Shown here piece after piece: positions 53,301 through 64,000 of a stretch of 64,000 nucleotides of DNA. Both the position numbers and the translations under genes were made by a program. Numbering within the stretch: position 1 is the first letter of the stretch; every line of letters begins with the position of its first letter. A model generated the notes under the pieces. The model saw nothing but the letters and a program-made list of their open reading frames with translations, had not been told where the DNA came from and searched no databases. Source of the stretch: Azolla caroliniana (lineage: Eukaryota > Plantae > Polypodiophyta); the NCBI GenBank assembly GCA_043228905.1, contig JBHGNT010000007.1:6758001-6822000 (forward strand), in the 5' to 3' direction.

Positions 53301-54181
53301 CCGTAGCGGATTTGTCTTGCCGGCATCCAGCACCGCCTTGACTCCCCCTGCTTGTGGAAGTCCCGAAACTGCTGTCGGCACGCTCATAGTGCCTCCATTC
53401 CTACTCTTGCCGGTCACCTCCATTGTGTGCCGACCCACCTCTTCCGCCACGCCCACGGAGCCGATCCGTTCCCGTGTACAACATTCGGCTGTCCGGGGAT
53501 GCACTGGTAGATGCACCGGCGTGGTTCTCCTCTACAAGGAGCATCGACTGTAAGTCGAAGAATGAGGGGGTATTCTCCCTTGTACACACTGCAGTCCGGA
53601 ACGCTCCGAACTTGGACGCCAGGCCTCCGAGACATACCTGCACCATCTCGTCTTCCTCTGCGGTAACATTGATAGAGGCGAGCGAGTCGCAGATCTCCTT
53701 TATCTGGCCCGTGTAGTCTGCTACGGACATGTTCTTTTGTCGAACATTGCTCAACTCTTGTCTGAGTTGCAGCTTCCGGGCAGTGGTGCTTGCGGCGAAA
53801 ACCTTTTTCAGGTTCCCCCAAGCATCCTTCGGTGTCTTGGCGTCACGGATGTGGCTGAGCAGCTGATCGCCGACACTGGACGCGAAGCAGTACATCACCC
53901 TGCTTGCCGCCTGTTCCCATACCGGGAAGTCCTTGTGTGCCGAGTCTGGCGCCGCATCATTCGCTCCTTCGACATAACTCCAGTACCCGTGTCCAAGCAG
54001 GTACTGGTGCATCTTGTAAGACCAGGATGCGTAGTTGCTCCTGTCGAGCTTCTCCACCGGGAGCGACGTAGCCATGCCTCTATTCATGTCTTCTACTATG
54101 TCTGTTTTCCACCTGTTAGGGTTTTCTTCTCAAGAGTAAATGTCTACAGCAGAGGTTCTCAACCCTCGCGCTCTGATACCA

Positions 54182-54220
54182 TGTAAACGTAAGTGTTTGT
54201 GGAAGCGTCAAACAGAGAAC

Positions 54221-54269
<49 letters not shown>

Positions 54270-54594
54270 ACACTATTTCAAAATTATATCAAGACTCTGT
54301 ATATACACTGTGCTAAGTAGCACTATTTATACAAGTCCTCTTGGGACTGACAGAAGTACCATGTACTTCAATGCTCACATGAGCATCTGACACTTACTAC
54401 GAGACTATAGCTACCTAGTAGTCTATCCTGTACTAGGCTTCCGATTGGACTGCCGGTTACGGATTGCACCCGGCCTCCACTGCTTGCCGGTTCGGTTGCT
54501 CACCGTCATACCGATCCGTTTCGCCCGATCCGTCTCGCTTACCGGCTCCGGCTTATTCAGCTGATCCGGCTCCGGTTGAGCTTGCCGCTCAACA
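54182..54594 (-). repeat. 5' LTR of copia E
   Basis: Adjacent to the PBS; direct repeat of 42964-43390. Confidence 0.95.
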
Positions 54595-55159
54595 ACATCT
54601 AAGCAATCCCAGTAGCCTTGCATAGGCAACTAGATGAAGTGTGAAACGAGTAAGACAACCAAAATAGGAATCATTTGATTAGACAACTAAAATTTGTAGA
54701 GTTGGTCCAAAGTAATGGTTTCATTTTATTGAATCAAAGTAGGCATTTTGTGGCACAAGCTGAATTGATTTTTATAACTTATAAGTCTAGATGTCATCAA
54801 GTCATTTCTTCTTGCTCTCTTAGATTTAGGAACTCTTGTTACTTCATGAACCAAAATTTTGCCTTGACACAAAACATCCTCTTAAAGAAACTACCTTTTC
54901 TAGCATCTATCACAATCATACTATAAGAAAATGAATCTCACACCAAATATTGTGTTTTTCTGAAAATTTATTCTTCTAATTTTGAGACTAATATGCACTT
55001 TCCAATCTTCATAATTGCACTGAAGGGTTCACAAGTTGTGAACCTCAAAGATGGTGGGAATATCTCAAGCGGGAGTCAGATGAACAATTAGATTCCCAAC
55101 CAATTATGAGAAGAACAAAAATTTAAGTTCGACATAAAGAGCTGGGCCCAAGCCAATGT

Positions 55160-55700
55160 GTGGTGATCCAATTTAATACAAATGATGAACCTAAGGATGT
55201 AGAACTTGTTCAAATTCATATGGAAAGCCACGAGATCAACTAGAATGCAAAGTGTAAGAGAATCGCTAGGTATGACAAAGGTATAAGGGTTTAGTGTACA
55301 TGTTGGCATCAATTGAAGGGTTTGTTCATTTGGTTTTTTTGGTTTACAAAATAGGTTCCAACTTGCTTGTAGAAGATTGAATCTGTCGATCTACATAGGT
55401 GACACAGAATTGCTGTCATTGTGCAAAACGAGGGAGATGGCATCTACGTGGACCATGAACTTCAACATGTGGATGGACTATTCGCTTCCACAAGACTTTT
55501 CTAATCAATTTTGGTTTTTAGATCCACTTTGGGTTCAACTGTACAATCAAAGCAAAAATGTGGACGACGTACTCATTCGTGTCCTACCCACGTTGCATGT
55601 TGGGCTTTGGGTCCTTTGGATGAAGATGAAGAGTGCTCCAAAGGGTATGAATGCTAAAAAAGTGTCGAGCCAAGTTCTATTTATGGACCCGTTGGGTTAC
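55160..55700 (+). pseudogene. Decayed paralogue of the ULP1-like protease gene at 58757-60778
   Basis: FQLACRRLNLS...EMASTW...WMDYSLP...LDPLWVQL aligns with 60050-60420; same intron position (CTAG|GT...AG|GTT); catalytic H and C lost. Confidence 0.8.
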
Positions 55701-56149
55701 TTGAAGTATACACTCTCTTGTTGGAATATTGGTTGGGACATTTCCAACATCCGTAACAATCTAAATATAGACAAAAAATTCACAACATTATGCCCATCCA
55801 CAGAGCACAACAACTGAATTGGATCAATGTGAATATACACAAAGAATCCTCTTATCAAAATGAAATTCAAAAAAATCCTGTCAACGTACATACTCTTATC
55901 AAATTGAAATTCCAAAAAATCATCTCAATGTACATCCTCTTATCAAACTGAAGTTCCAAAAAATATACACACTAATATCACCCGATGGGCACATCGTGTT
56001 TTGGACATGCAATTGCCAATAATCTATCACTATAGGGGGTTATAGGTAGTTGTAAATTCTGATTTATTTATTTTTAAACATAAACTACACCATAGTTTCC
56101 ATTACCAATGCCATAAGCAAATACAAACCTATAATGGTACATTTTAGTG

Positions 56150-56640
56150 GCGGGTAAGATATCCCCCCTTATGTTAAAATTGAAACGAACCTCCACCTAT
56201 GGAGGGAACAACCATCACGGGGGTACATATTGCCATTCCATTTTGTCATTTCTCTCCACAAAAACTAGCAAATCCTTCCATTTGCCTTTAAAGGATTGTT
56301 GTTTTAGAAAAATCATATCTTCGTTACCCGTGAAGGAGTCATATTGACCTTTTAGAGTTGAGATAAGCATCAACCATATTTCCTTCACACAATGAACAAG
56401 ATTTTGCTTTATTTGTCGAAACACATTTTGGTATCGACCTATCCAAATATTCCATAGAACCACCGACGATATCGTAGCCCATACTGTGGCATCCACATTC
56501 AACCGATTTGGGCTTGAATATGGTATGTCCTTAACTTGCCTTCCCCTAGTTTGAAGGGTAAACATTATCTTTTCCCTTTCATAATTATGTTTATCCACAT
56601 TTATGTCCATCCAAAAGACATTTCCCCATGTAAATTCTGA
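56150..56640 (-). mobile_element. LINE ORF2 3'-end fragment
   Basis: WATISSVVLWNIWIGRYQNVF matches the WxIWxxRNxxVF motif at the C-terminus of plant L1 ORF2. Confidence 0.65.
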
Positions 56641-57151
56641 TATTGTATGTCCATATTGTAAATTAGTTTACTGCAAAGTCTTTACTGTACATGCAAACAA
56701 TTGATAATGATCTTTGAAGTTTTTGGTTTTCCTAAATATGTATGACCTTCGAAAGTTTTGGTGACTAAAATTTTGAGATCTTTGAAGTTCTACTCGCTTT
56801 AGAAAATTGGGTTAGGCTAGATGGAAGTAGGGTTACAAACTTGGGTCAGGTTAGCGGGGTTATAAACTTTGGTTGAGTGAGATGCAAGTAGCCTTATTGG
56901 AAAATTGAATTGGCTTGGGGACATGTTAGAAAAAATAATCAATTAGGTTAGAACATAGTGCCGGGTTGAAACTGACAGAGGCAGGAACAAAGCCGGGTTA
57001 GATGTGATAGATGGTTGATAGAGAGCCAGGTTAGAAATGGACACACGGTTTAGGTAGATAATTATCAGACGTTTTGCAGAATTCACGAGAGTATCGAAGC
57101 CATTCTACCAAGTCGATTTAATATTTAGCTACAAATAGACACAAGCATGTA

Positions 57152-57160
57152 ATGTATGTA

Positions 57161-57207
<47 letters not shown>

Positions 57208-57378
57208 GTGTGTCACATGTGTGTATGTATGTATGTGTCACATGTGTGTATGTATGTATGTATGTATGTATGTATGTGTCACATGTGGGTATGTATGTAT
57301 GTGTCACATGTGTGTATGTATGTATGTATGTGTCACATGTGTGTATGTATGTATGTATGTATGTATGTATGTATGTAT
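57152..57378. repeat. Compound (TG)n/(TATG)n microsatellite punctuated by TGTCACATGTG
   Basis: Five TGTCACATG units separated by TATG runs. Confidence 0.92.
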
Positions 57379-57494
57379 GAGTCCGTGGTGTCTAACTACT
57401 ACCAAATATTAAAGAGGGCAAGTGAGGGAATCGCGGAGAGGGACGGTGCAAGTCGCTAGATGAGGGCGCGTGCGATCTGCACCGTCCAATGTGG

Positions 57495-57712
57495 CTGTGG
57501 AAAAGGCGCGAAAAAGCGCGCCAATTAAAGAGGGAGCCCGTCTCACAAAAAAAGGAGCCCGTCTCATTAAAGAAGGGCTCCACTTTGTGAAAGGGAGCCC
57601 TTGTGGAAAAGGTGCGAAAAAGCGCACCAATTAAAGAGGGAGCCCGTCTCACAGAAAAAGGAGCCCGTCTCATTAAAGAAGGGCTCCACTTTGTGAAAGG
57701 GAGCCCTTCTCA
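57495..57712 (+). repeat. About 105-bp tandem duplication rich in GGAGCCC/GGGCTCC, upstream of the ULP gene
   Basis: GTGGAAAAGG.GCGAAAAAGCGC.CCAATTAAAGAGGGAGCCCGTCTC... twice; followed by TATAAAAA near 57729 and telo-box-like TAGGGTTT near 57785. Confidence 0.85.
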
Positions 57713-58756
57713 TTAGTTTGAGGGAAGTATAAAAAGCCTTTTTCTGTCATTTTTTTCCTGTTTTCAAACAAGAAGCGTGAGCTTTAGGGTTTAGGGTTTT
57801 TGAGCGCGCCGCACCACCTGTTGTTTGGCAGCACCTGTTGCAGACATCTTCCGTGAGGCACAACACCGGTTGTCCGCGAGCACCTGCAATCTAGAGGTAG
57901 GTATCATATTCCTTCTATTAGGTTTAGGGTTTTATTAGGTATCATATTCCTTCTATTAGGTTTAGGTTTTATTCCATGTCATAAAAACCATCAACCTAAT
58001 ATGGATGATTGCTTGAACCTAATATGATTTTATTCCTTCTATTGTGTCTTCAAGCAATCAACCATGGTTTTGAGTAGACATGGAATAAAAATAATACTTG
58101 TCTATGTGTATTCAAGCAATCATCATCCATATTAGGTTTGAATGTCATTATTTGAATGCTTGAATTTGCTCATGTGATTCATGCATTATTGGGCTTTTTT
58201 ATGCCCACATTTAGAGGTCAAATCTCAAATCTTGTATACATTCTTTGCGATGGCTTGACCCCAAATAATAATAATGTAATGAATGCCTTACTAAAAAAAG
58301 TTGTGTGCTATGTAAGTCTACGTAAGTATGTTTTAAGTTGGAAGTAAAACGTTGTGTCCATTATAGTATTCTAAATGATAAATGATAAATTCTTGCTGAA
58401 TGAAATTAGGATTCTCCATGAAGACCAACTATTTGTCATGAACTCATGAACTATGACTATGATTTAAATACGTATCATTATTATGGCTATCTCCCTTAAT
58501 TTAGAATGTGCCCTCTATGTATATATATTACAAAAACTAAAATAAAAACTGCAAGTAGCATTCATGAATTTTAAATTATTGACATTGATATGTTAGAATT
58601 TGTTAAGATTGATCTATTTTTTGAAATCATTGACAATTTTTGTCCATTTCAAAATCCTTAACACTAATGTATTGTGTAGAAACAATAGGATAGACTCAAG
58701 TATTCTTGAATTTAAAGACAAACATATGGTAATGTTTTGGCATGTGTTTTGTATAG

Positions 58757-60778
58757 ATGGCTAGTCGGTCCAAGACCTTCATAGACTTTGATGCGGATTG
58801 GGGTGAAACAATACCCTATGAAGGGAGGTATGGCATGAATCATTTCTCAACTTTATATTGTGTATAAATAGTGATGTTTGTGTGCTAACTTGAATGATGG
58901 TTTTGGGTTTTTGTAAGAAAGGGTGCTAGGTGCCCCAAATCCAACAATATGGATGCTGAAAACATCATTACTGAAGACTCGAACATGGATACGAACCCCA
59001 TACATGACGTGGGGCCAGGTGTTGAAGATATCAGTGTAAATGGTGAGTTGATGTACATTCTTATAATCATTATTGAAGTAAGTATATATTGGGTTTTTCT
59101 AATGCAAATGTCACACCATTGTTGTAGTGGACCCCATGTCCCTCTTCAAGGCGGGAAGAGACTCAACAGGTATCAAATGTCGCACATGTATCGTTGGAGA
59201 TTCATGTAGAAAAGAGGTACGATGGTTTCGCAAAAAAGTTGACATGGAGGCTCACTTACAGAAGGCACATGGCATCCGTGTAGTACTGCCTCGAGGGCTA
59301 AAGATAGAAGAAGAAGAGCAATCGACCTCCATGAGGAGTACAGCCACGTCATTCTTCAGCCACTACGAAAGACAACGATCAATAAAACGTTTTTTGGATC
59401 CGGAGCTAAAGTACAACAGGTCACGCCAATCACACATGAGGAAGTTGAGGACAAGAGCGATTAAGATCTTCAAAGCCACTCCGAACGCACTTCAAACATC
59501 CAAGGAGGCCGATTTCATTGCCCAATTCGTCAGCCAACAGATGGCCAGGTATGATGAGGGAAAGGAGCATAGGATGGCAAAATTGAAGTTGAAGATTGCG
59601 GCTGTGTCTGAAGCTTATGTAAGTAAGGTTTATGATTATGTGTGCATCTTATGTGAGTCTAAATCTAGTGTGTGAATGATTATGTGTGAATCTTATGTAT
59701 GAATTTTAGTGTAAGAATCATGGAATTCCCATGCCAGAAGATGAGACACATGTCGAGATCGATGGTGGTCAAGACCAACTGTCAGAATCGACAACCCAAC
59801 AACCAAGGAGGCCTAAAATCCAAATCCGCAAGAAAACAGTGGACCCTAGTAAGTTGTCGTTCATTACATCATCTGACACAGATGAGGGTGCGGACATTGG
59901 GATTGTCTTTATTGGTCCTGGGACAATCACAAAAACATGGGATAACACAACAAGAAAAAAGTTCACTAGGTATGCCGTTATGGTGGGGCATGAGATCAAT
60001 AGTTAACTTCATGTTTTTTTTGTAGTTACTAATCTGGCCTAATAAACAGGTTTCAGGTGGCTTGTCGACGATTAGATCTAGCGGTCTTTTTGACGGAGGT
60101 AGAACTATGTTCGTTGTGCACTGTAGGGGAGATGGCATCCACATGGATGATGACCCTCTTCCACTTATGGATGGAGTACTCGTTGCCCCCCGAGATCAAC
60201 AAGCGGTTTCATATTGTGGATCCACTATGGGTACAACTAGAAGACCAAAGTGATAAGGGTGAAGACATACTCACTCGGGTCCCTGAACGGGAATATGTCT
60301 TCATTCCAATATTGCACTCAGGGCATTGGGTGCTTTGGTTGAAGATGCGACAGACTCCTATAGGTCTCGATGCCAAGGTGAGGAGCCATATTATTTTTTG
60401 CGATCCACTAAATCATCATCCGACTGCCGGCATGAAGACATTGGGTGATTTGGTTGTACGACATATCTCTAGCGCCACACATGACCATTGCATCATCAAC
60501 AACGAGCGGTTCCAGGTATTGCATATCCCAACCCAACCTAATGGGACGGATTGTGGGTATTACGTGATGCAAACCATTCGAATGTTGGTCGAGGAGTTCA
60601 TTCAAGGATTTGAGTCTGATCAATTTGTAAGTATTTATGAGAATTGAATTTGGGCTTAGGTTGATGGCATCTTGTGGTGTAGGGTAAGGAGCAATGGTTT
60701 GGATTCGAAGATGTGCAACTCCTTCGGAAAATCATGGCAAAATGGACACGAAGGACTCTGGGCATAGGGTTATTTTAA
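58757..60778 (+). CDS. C2H2-like zinc finger plus ULP1/C48-family (SUMO/Ubl) cysteine protease, 539 aa, 6 coding exons
   Basis: Exons 58757-58827, 58918-59042, 59128-59618, 59710-59969, 60050-60626, 60683-60778, all GT-AG and in phase with no stops; CRTC...HLQKAH finger; catalytic motifs FIPILHSGHWVL (H), FCDPL (D), QPNGTDCGYYV (Q, C). Confidence 0.82.
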
Positions 60779-60849
60779 TCACTAGCATGTTGTACTTTGT
60801 AACATCAAACATATGATCTCGATTTACTATCTCATGTGGATTGTTAACT

Positions 60850-61210
60850 TTTTTGTAATATCTGGTAAATAGTTGAATCTCATTTTGGTTGTATATGACT
60901 CAATTTGATGTACATTCTGGTTGTGAGTCTTATTGTGTGAATCTCATTTTGGTTGTATATGTCTTTGTTGATGTACATTCTGGTTGTGAGTCTTATTATT
61001 TGAATCTCATTTTGGTTGTATATGACTCAATTTGATGTACATTCTCATTTTTGTAATATCAAATCAATATTTGAATCTCATTTTGGTTGTAAATGACTCA
61101 ATGTGGACTCTATCTGAAAATCATTTTGTAATATCTGGTAAATAGTTGAATCTCATTATGAATCTCATTTTGAATCTCATTTTGGTTGTATATTTGGTTG
61201 TATGTTTTGG
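60850..61210 (+). repeat. About 70-bp tandem repeats downstream of the ULP gene
   Basis: GAATCTCATTTTGGTTGTATATG... repeated several times. Confidence 0.85.
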
Positions 61211-61474
61211 GTGTCAAAAGAATAAAACTAATAGCTTATTGACAAGTAGTCACGGCAATGGTTTTTGAGAAAGGCCAAGAAAGAGTAAGTATATAGAAAG
61301 AGTGTTGTAATCAAAGAATGTTGTTGTAGAAAGAGTAAGTATATAGAAAGAGTGCTTCGGTCCTTGTTGTAAACAATACGAAAGACATAACAAGACTCAA
61401 TGTCAATCTTATTCAAAGACATAACAAGACTCGATGTCAATCTTCTTCAAAGACATAACAAGACTCAATGTGAT

Positions 61475-61872
61475 TAGTGTGGAGCTCGACTCATTCATGT
61501 TCATTAAAAAAGGGAGCCCCACTCATTAAAAAGGGAACCCGACTCTGGTAAAAAGGGAGCCCGACTGATTAATGTGGAGCTCGACTCATTCTTGTTCATT
61601 AAAAAAGGGAGCCCCACTCATTAAAAAGGGAGCCCGACTCTGGTAAAAAGGGAGCCCGACTGATTAATGTGGAGCCAGACTCATTCTTGTTCATTAAAAA
61701 AGGGAGCCCCACTCATTAAAAAGGGAGCCCGACTCTGGTAAAAAGGGAGCCCGACTCATTCATGTTCATTAAAAAAGGGAGCCCCATTCATTAAAAAGGG
61801 AGCCCGACTCTGGTAAAAAGGGAGCCCGACTGATAATGTGGAGCCCGACTCATTAAAAAAGGGAGCCCGACA
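61475..61872 (+). repeat. About 95-bp tandem array with 12 exact AAAAAGGGAGCCC motifs upstream of the transposase
   Basis: Unit GTGGAGCTCGACTCATTC...AAAAAAGGGAGCCCCACTCATTAAAAAGGGAGCCCGACTCTGGTAAAAAGGGAGCCCGACTG, about 4 copies. Confidence 0.92.
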
Positions 61873-62039
61873 CAGTAATAGGGAAGTGCCCAACTACGTG
61901 TAATGATGGCGTCTCAACAGTCATATTAACGACTACAGTAAATTAATTCACCAAATTCAGTAGCATGCACTAAGAGTCTTCCCATCATTCCCAATTAACC
62001 CATTCCCTTCCTTAATAGTCTATTAATCACTCGCACTCA

Positions 62040-62352
62040 TATCATTCACTCTCATTCTCGATCGTTAATCTACTACATTCATGTGAATTATTTGAATTCA
62101 TTCACTTGAATTCATTTGATTTCATTCACTTGAATTCATTTGATTTCATTCACTTCATTCACCTCAATCATTGGCATTCTTGATCATATTGTATTTGATT
62201 TCATTTGATCATATTGTAGGCCATTTGATTTCATTCACTCTCATTCTCGATCATTAATCTACTCCATTCATGTGAATTATTTGAATTCATTCACTTGAAT
62301 TCATTTGATTTCATTCACCTCAATCATTGGCATTCTTGATCATATTGTATTT
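62040..62352 (+). repeat. ATTCACTTGAATTCATTTGATTTC repeats within a duplication of about 190 bp, just before the transposase ATG
   Basis: Direct reading. Confidence 0.85.
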
Positions 62353-62355
62353 GCT

Positions 62356-64000
62356 ATGGAGAGCACAATGCATCATGGTGTCTTCGCCATGTCAGAAGAT
62401 GAATTGGAGGATACGTCATGGTCATCCAATGCATCCGAGGACGAATTGGAGGATCCTTTTGAGTCATCAGATTCCAATCGTGAGGATGAGGTGGTCGATC
62501 CCTTCATGTATTGTTCCCCCAGGTATTTTGCATTTTCAAGAGGTACGTATAATTTGATGATTAAAGATTTATTGGGACAAGTTAAGGTAACATTGGAAGC
62601 ATTACGTGATGTCACGAGGGGAGCACCTCTTTCACTTCATGCATGGAGGCGCATGAAGAGTCGTCTCATTCTCAGGTTTGAGAGTGCAATTTACCTTAAA
62701 GCATCACCTAATCTTCAAGTCTTATACGTCGAGAAATGGAGGGAAGTAGTATTAGCGTCACATGGTGACACATCCCATCACACGTTTTCAAAGACTCTTA
62801 AAGAGTTAAAGCTAGTTTATGCGACTGATGTACGTGATTATGGCATCCCACCGGAGTATGTGAAAGCACTCATTACAAGTTGTGGTTGCCAAACGGTATT
62901 GAAGGTCGACTCGATAGAAGGTTTGGGATCAAGCATGGCCAAATATAACAAGACCCTACCCATAGAAGTGATCAAGGTAGAAACCCACCAATTAGATGAT
63001 GCGCTCACGTATTTGCAAACCAAGTACCACACACGTTTAAGGAAAGGAGTCAAGAAGGGTATGCGTGTGACTAGGTATAGTTGCCATCGTGCTGGGACAT
63101 CTCGACTTGCGTCTAATTCCACTCGACGACGCAGGTGCACACCCCGATGTGGGTGCACATTCCATGTGGATGTTAGAATCAATAATGATGTTGACATTGA
63201 GACACTTACCATTTCAATATATGGACCTCATAGTGGTCATGTACCATGTAGTAGGTCAGATGTGTACCATTTGTCAGTACACCCCAATGTCATAAGTTGT
63301 TGCAAAGATGATCTATTTGATGTTGGGTGTGCAAGGCATGTGGCACGAATGAGCATGCGTAAGGAAGCATATCATAAGTCCAAGGCTAGTCCATTAGAGC
63401 TTGTTACCTATCGGTTCTTTATGATACCAAAGGAGGTCCATAACATGGCAAATAGGTTAAAAATCGGGAGTGTCATGACTAAGGTTGATTGGGCTTTGAT
63501 GATGCAAGATGCCTATGCACTCCGAGATCTTGGGAAAGTGGCTCATGTTCAACCCTACTTGACTGGTGAACCAGGATCTCCCCCCATACAACCATTTGTC
63601 TTGATACTTCAAGATCAATGGATGTTGGAAATGTGTGAGCGGTTGACCCTAAATAACTCTTGGGCAATCGACTCGACATTTAAAACAAACCAATTCGGGC
63701 TACCATTATATGCAGCAGTTGCCCCCAACGCCATGGGAATTGGGATCCCATTATGGTACATGCTTTGTAGTTCTGATAAGGGGTCAAACCATGAGCAAGT
63801 GGCATTAGAAACTTGTTTGAGAGTCATATTCGCAAGGATGCCCATGGTGAGGCCAAATGCGATAGTGATCGATAAATGTTGGACATCATATAATGCCATA
63901 ACTAATGTGGTTGCAACAGACCGTCAATCTTGGATTGTTGTAAATGGGCAACGGTCCCAAACACATTGTCGACTTTTGTTGTGTCAGTTTCACGCCAAAA
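62356..64000 (+). CDS. MULE/Mutator-family DDE transposase (partial, at least 548 aa, open to the window end)
   Basis: Not in the ORF track because no stop occurs in the window; manual translation from ATG 62356 is uninterrupted: acidic N-terminus, WRKY/GCM1-like finger (YSCHRAG...RCGC...HSGH), IDSTFKTNQFGLPLY (first D), AIVIDK (second D), LLLCQFHAK (CxxH). Confidence 0.9.
   Translation, partial: MESTMHHGVFAMSEDELEDTSWSSNASEDELEDPFESSDSNREDEVVDPFMYCSPRYFAFSRGTYNLMIKDLLGQVKVTLEALRDVTRGAPLSLHAWRRMKSRLILRFESAIYLKASPNLQVLYVEKWREVVLASHGDTSHHTFSKTLKELKLVYATDVRDYGIPPEYVKALITSCGCQTVLKVDSIEGLGSSMAKYNKTLPIEVIKVETHQLDDALTYLQTKYHTRLRKGVKKGMRVTRYSCHRAGTSRLASNSTRRRRCTPRCGCTFHVDVRINNDVDIETLTISIYGPHSGHVPCSRSDVYHLSVHPNVISCCKDDLFDVGCARHVARMSMRKEAYHKSKASPLELVTYRFFMIPKEVHNMANRLKIGSVMTKVDWALMMQDAYALRDLGKVAHVQPYLTGEPGSPPIQPFVLILQDQWMLEMCERLTLNNSWAIDSTFKTNQFGLPLYAAVAPNAMGIGIPLWYMLCSSDKGSNHEQVALETCLRVIFARMPMVRPNAIVIDKCWTSYNAITNVVATDRQSWIVVNGQRSQTHCRLLLCQFHAK

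Larger units (their letters stand above)
43553..54087 (-). pseudogene. copia E gag-pol, disrupted by stops/frameshifts and by the gypsy insertion at the RT/RNase H junction
   Basis: gag 53401-54087, protease WYVDSGASNHMT, IN-RT ORF 50351-52599, RNase H 44100-44700; EHL|QC rejoins across the GAAGG TSD. Confidence 0.9.
42964..54594 (-). mobile_element. Full-length Ty1/copia element E (same family as B) containing nested chromovirus F
   Basis: LTRs 42964-43390 and 54182-54594, TSD ACATC (42959-42963 and 54595-54599), PBS TGGTATCAGAGC at 54170-54181, PPT at 43391-43403, gag-PR-IN-RT-RH order. Confidence 0.97.
57379..64000 (+). mobile_element. Large Mutator-like element (MULE) carrying a ULP protease gene and a transposase; runs off the window
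   Basis: MULE DDE transposase ORF, co-oriented ULP gene and shared GGAGCCC arrays before both genes; left boundary inferred, TIR/TSD cannot be verified. Confidence 0.75.

Noticed and set aside
57125-57459. Cys/Val/Met/Tyr- or His/Thr-rich ORFs
   Set aside because: Translations of TG/TATG microsatellites; the same applies to 34184-34448
61475-61872. Regular repeat array superficially like CRISPR
   Set aside because: Intervening sequences are themselves repeated, there are no unique spacers or cas genes, and the context is eukaryotic
62373-63899. Short minus-strand and alternative-frame ORFs listed in the track
   Set aside because: Shadows of the unlisted + strand transposase ORF starting at 62356

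Overview
Land-plant nuclear DNA, probably a fern or other non-seed plant (inferred from the repeat families, not proven), dominated by nested transposons around two intact host genes. 1-7.1 kb: a Ty1/copia element carrying a solo-LTR insertion, itself inserted into an oppositely oriented copia. 7.1-9.1 kb: a cluster of tRNA-like (A/B-box) units and a hAT BED-finger remnant. 10.6-24.6 kb: a decayed LINE split by a copia that contains a 6.4-kb fold-back copia with inverted LTRs and a deleted gypsy. 26.2-31.1 kb: a 7-exon ARF-GAP gene (AGD8/9/10 type). 36.9-39.7 kb: a 2-exon SINE1-like ARM/KASH nuclear-envelope gene. 43.0-54.6 kb: a full-length copia with a very young chromodomain Ty3/gypsy nested in it. 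57.4-64 kb: an apparently intact Mutator-like element with a spliced zinc-finger/ULP1 protease gene, GGAGCCC repeat arrays and an open transposase ORF that runs off the window. The two best leads are (i) the chromovirus, which shows a Tf1-type self-priming site, a -1 frameshift signal and an antisense tRNA-like Pol III promoter at the LTR start, and (ii) the MULE ZnF-ULP gene plus repeat arrays, a candidate anti-silencing module. All coordinates were read by eye and may be off by a few bases.
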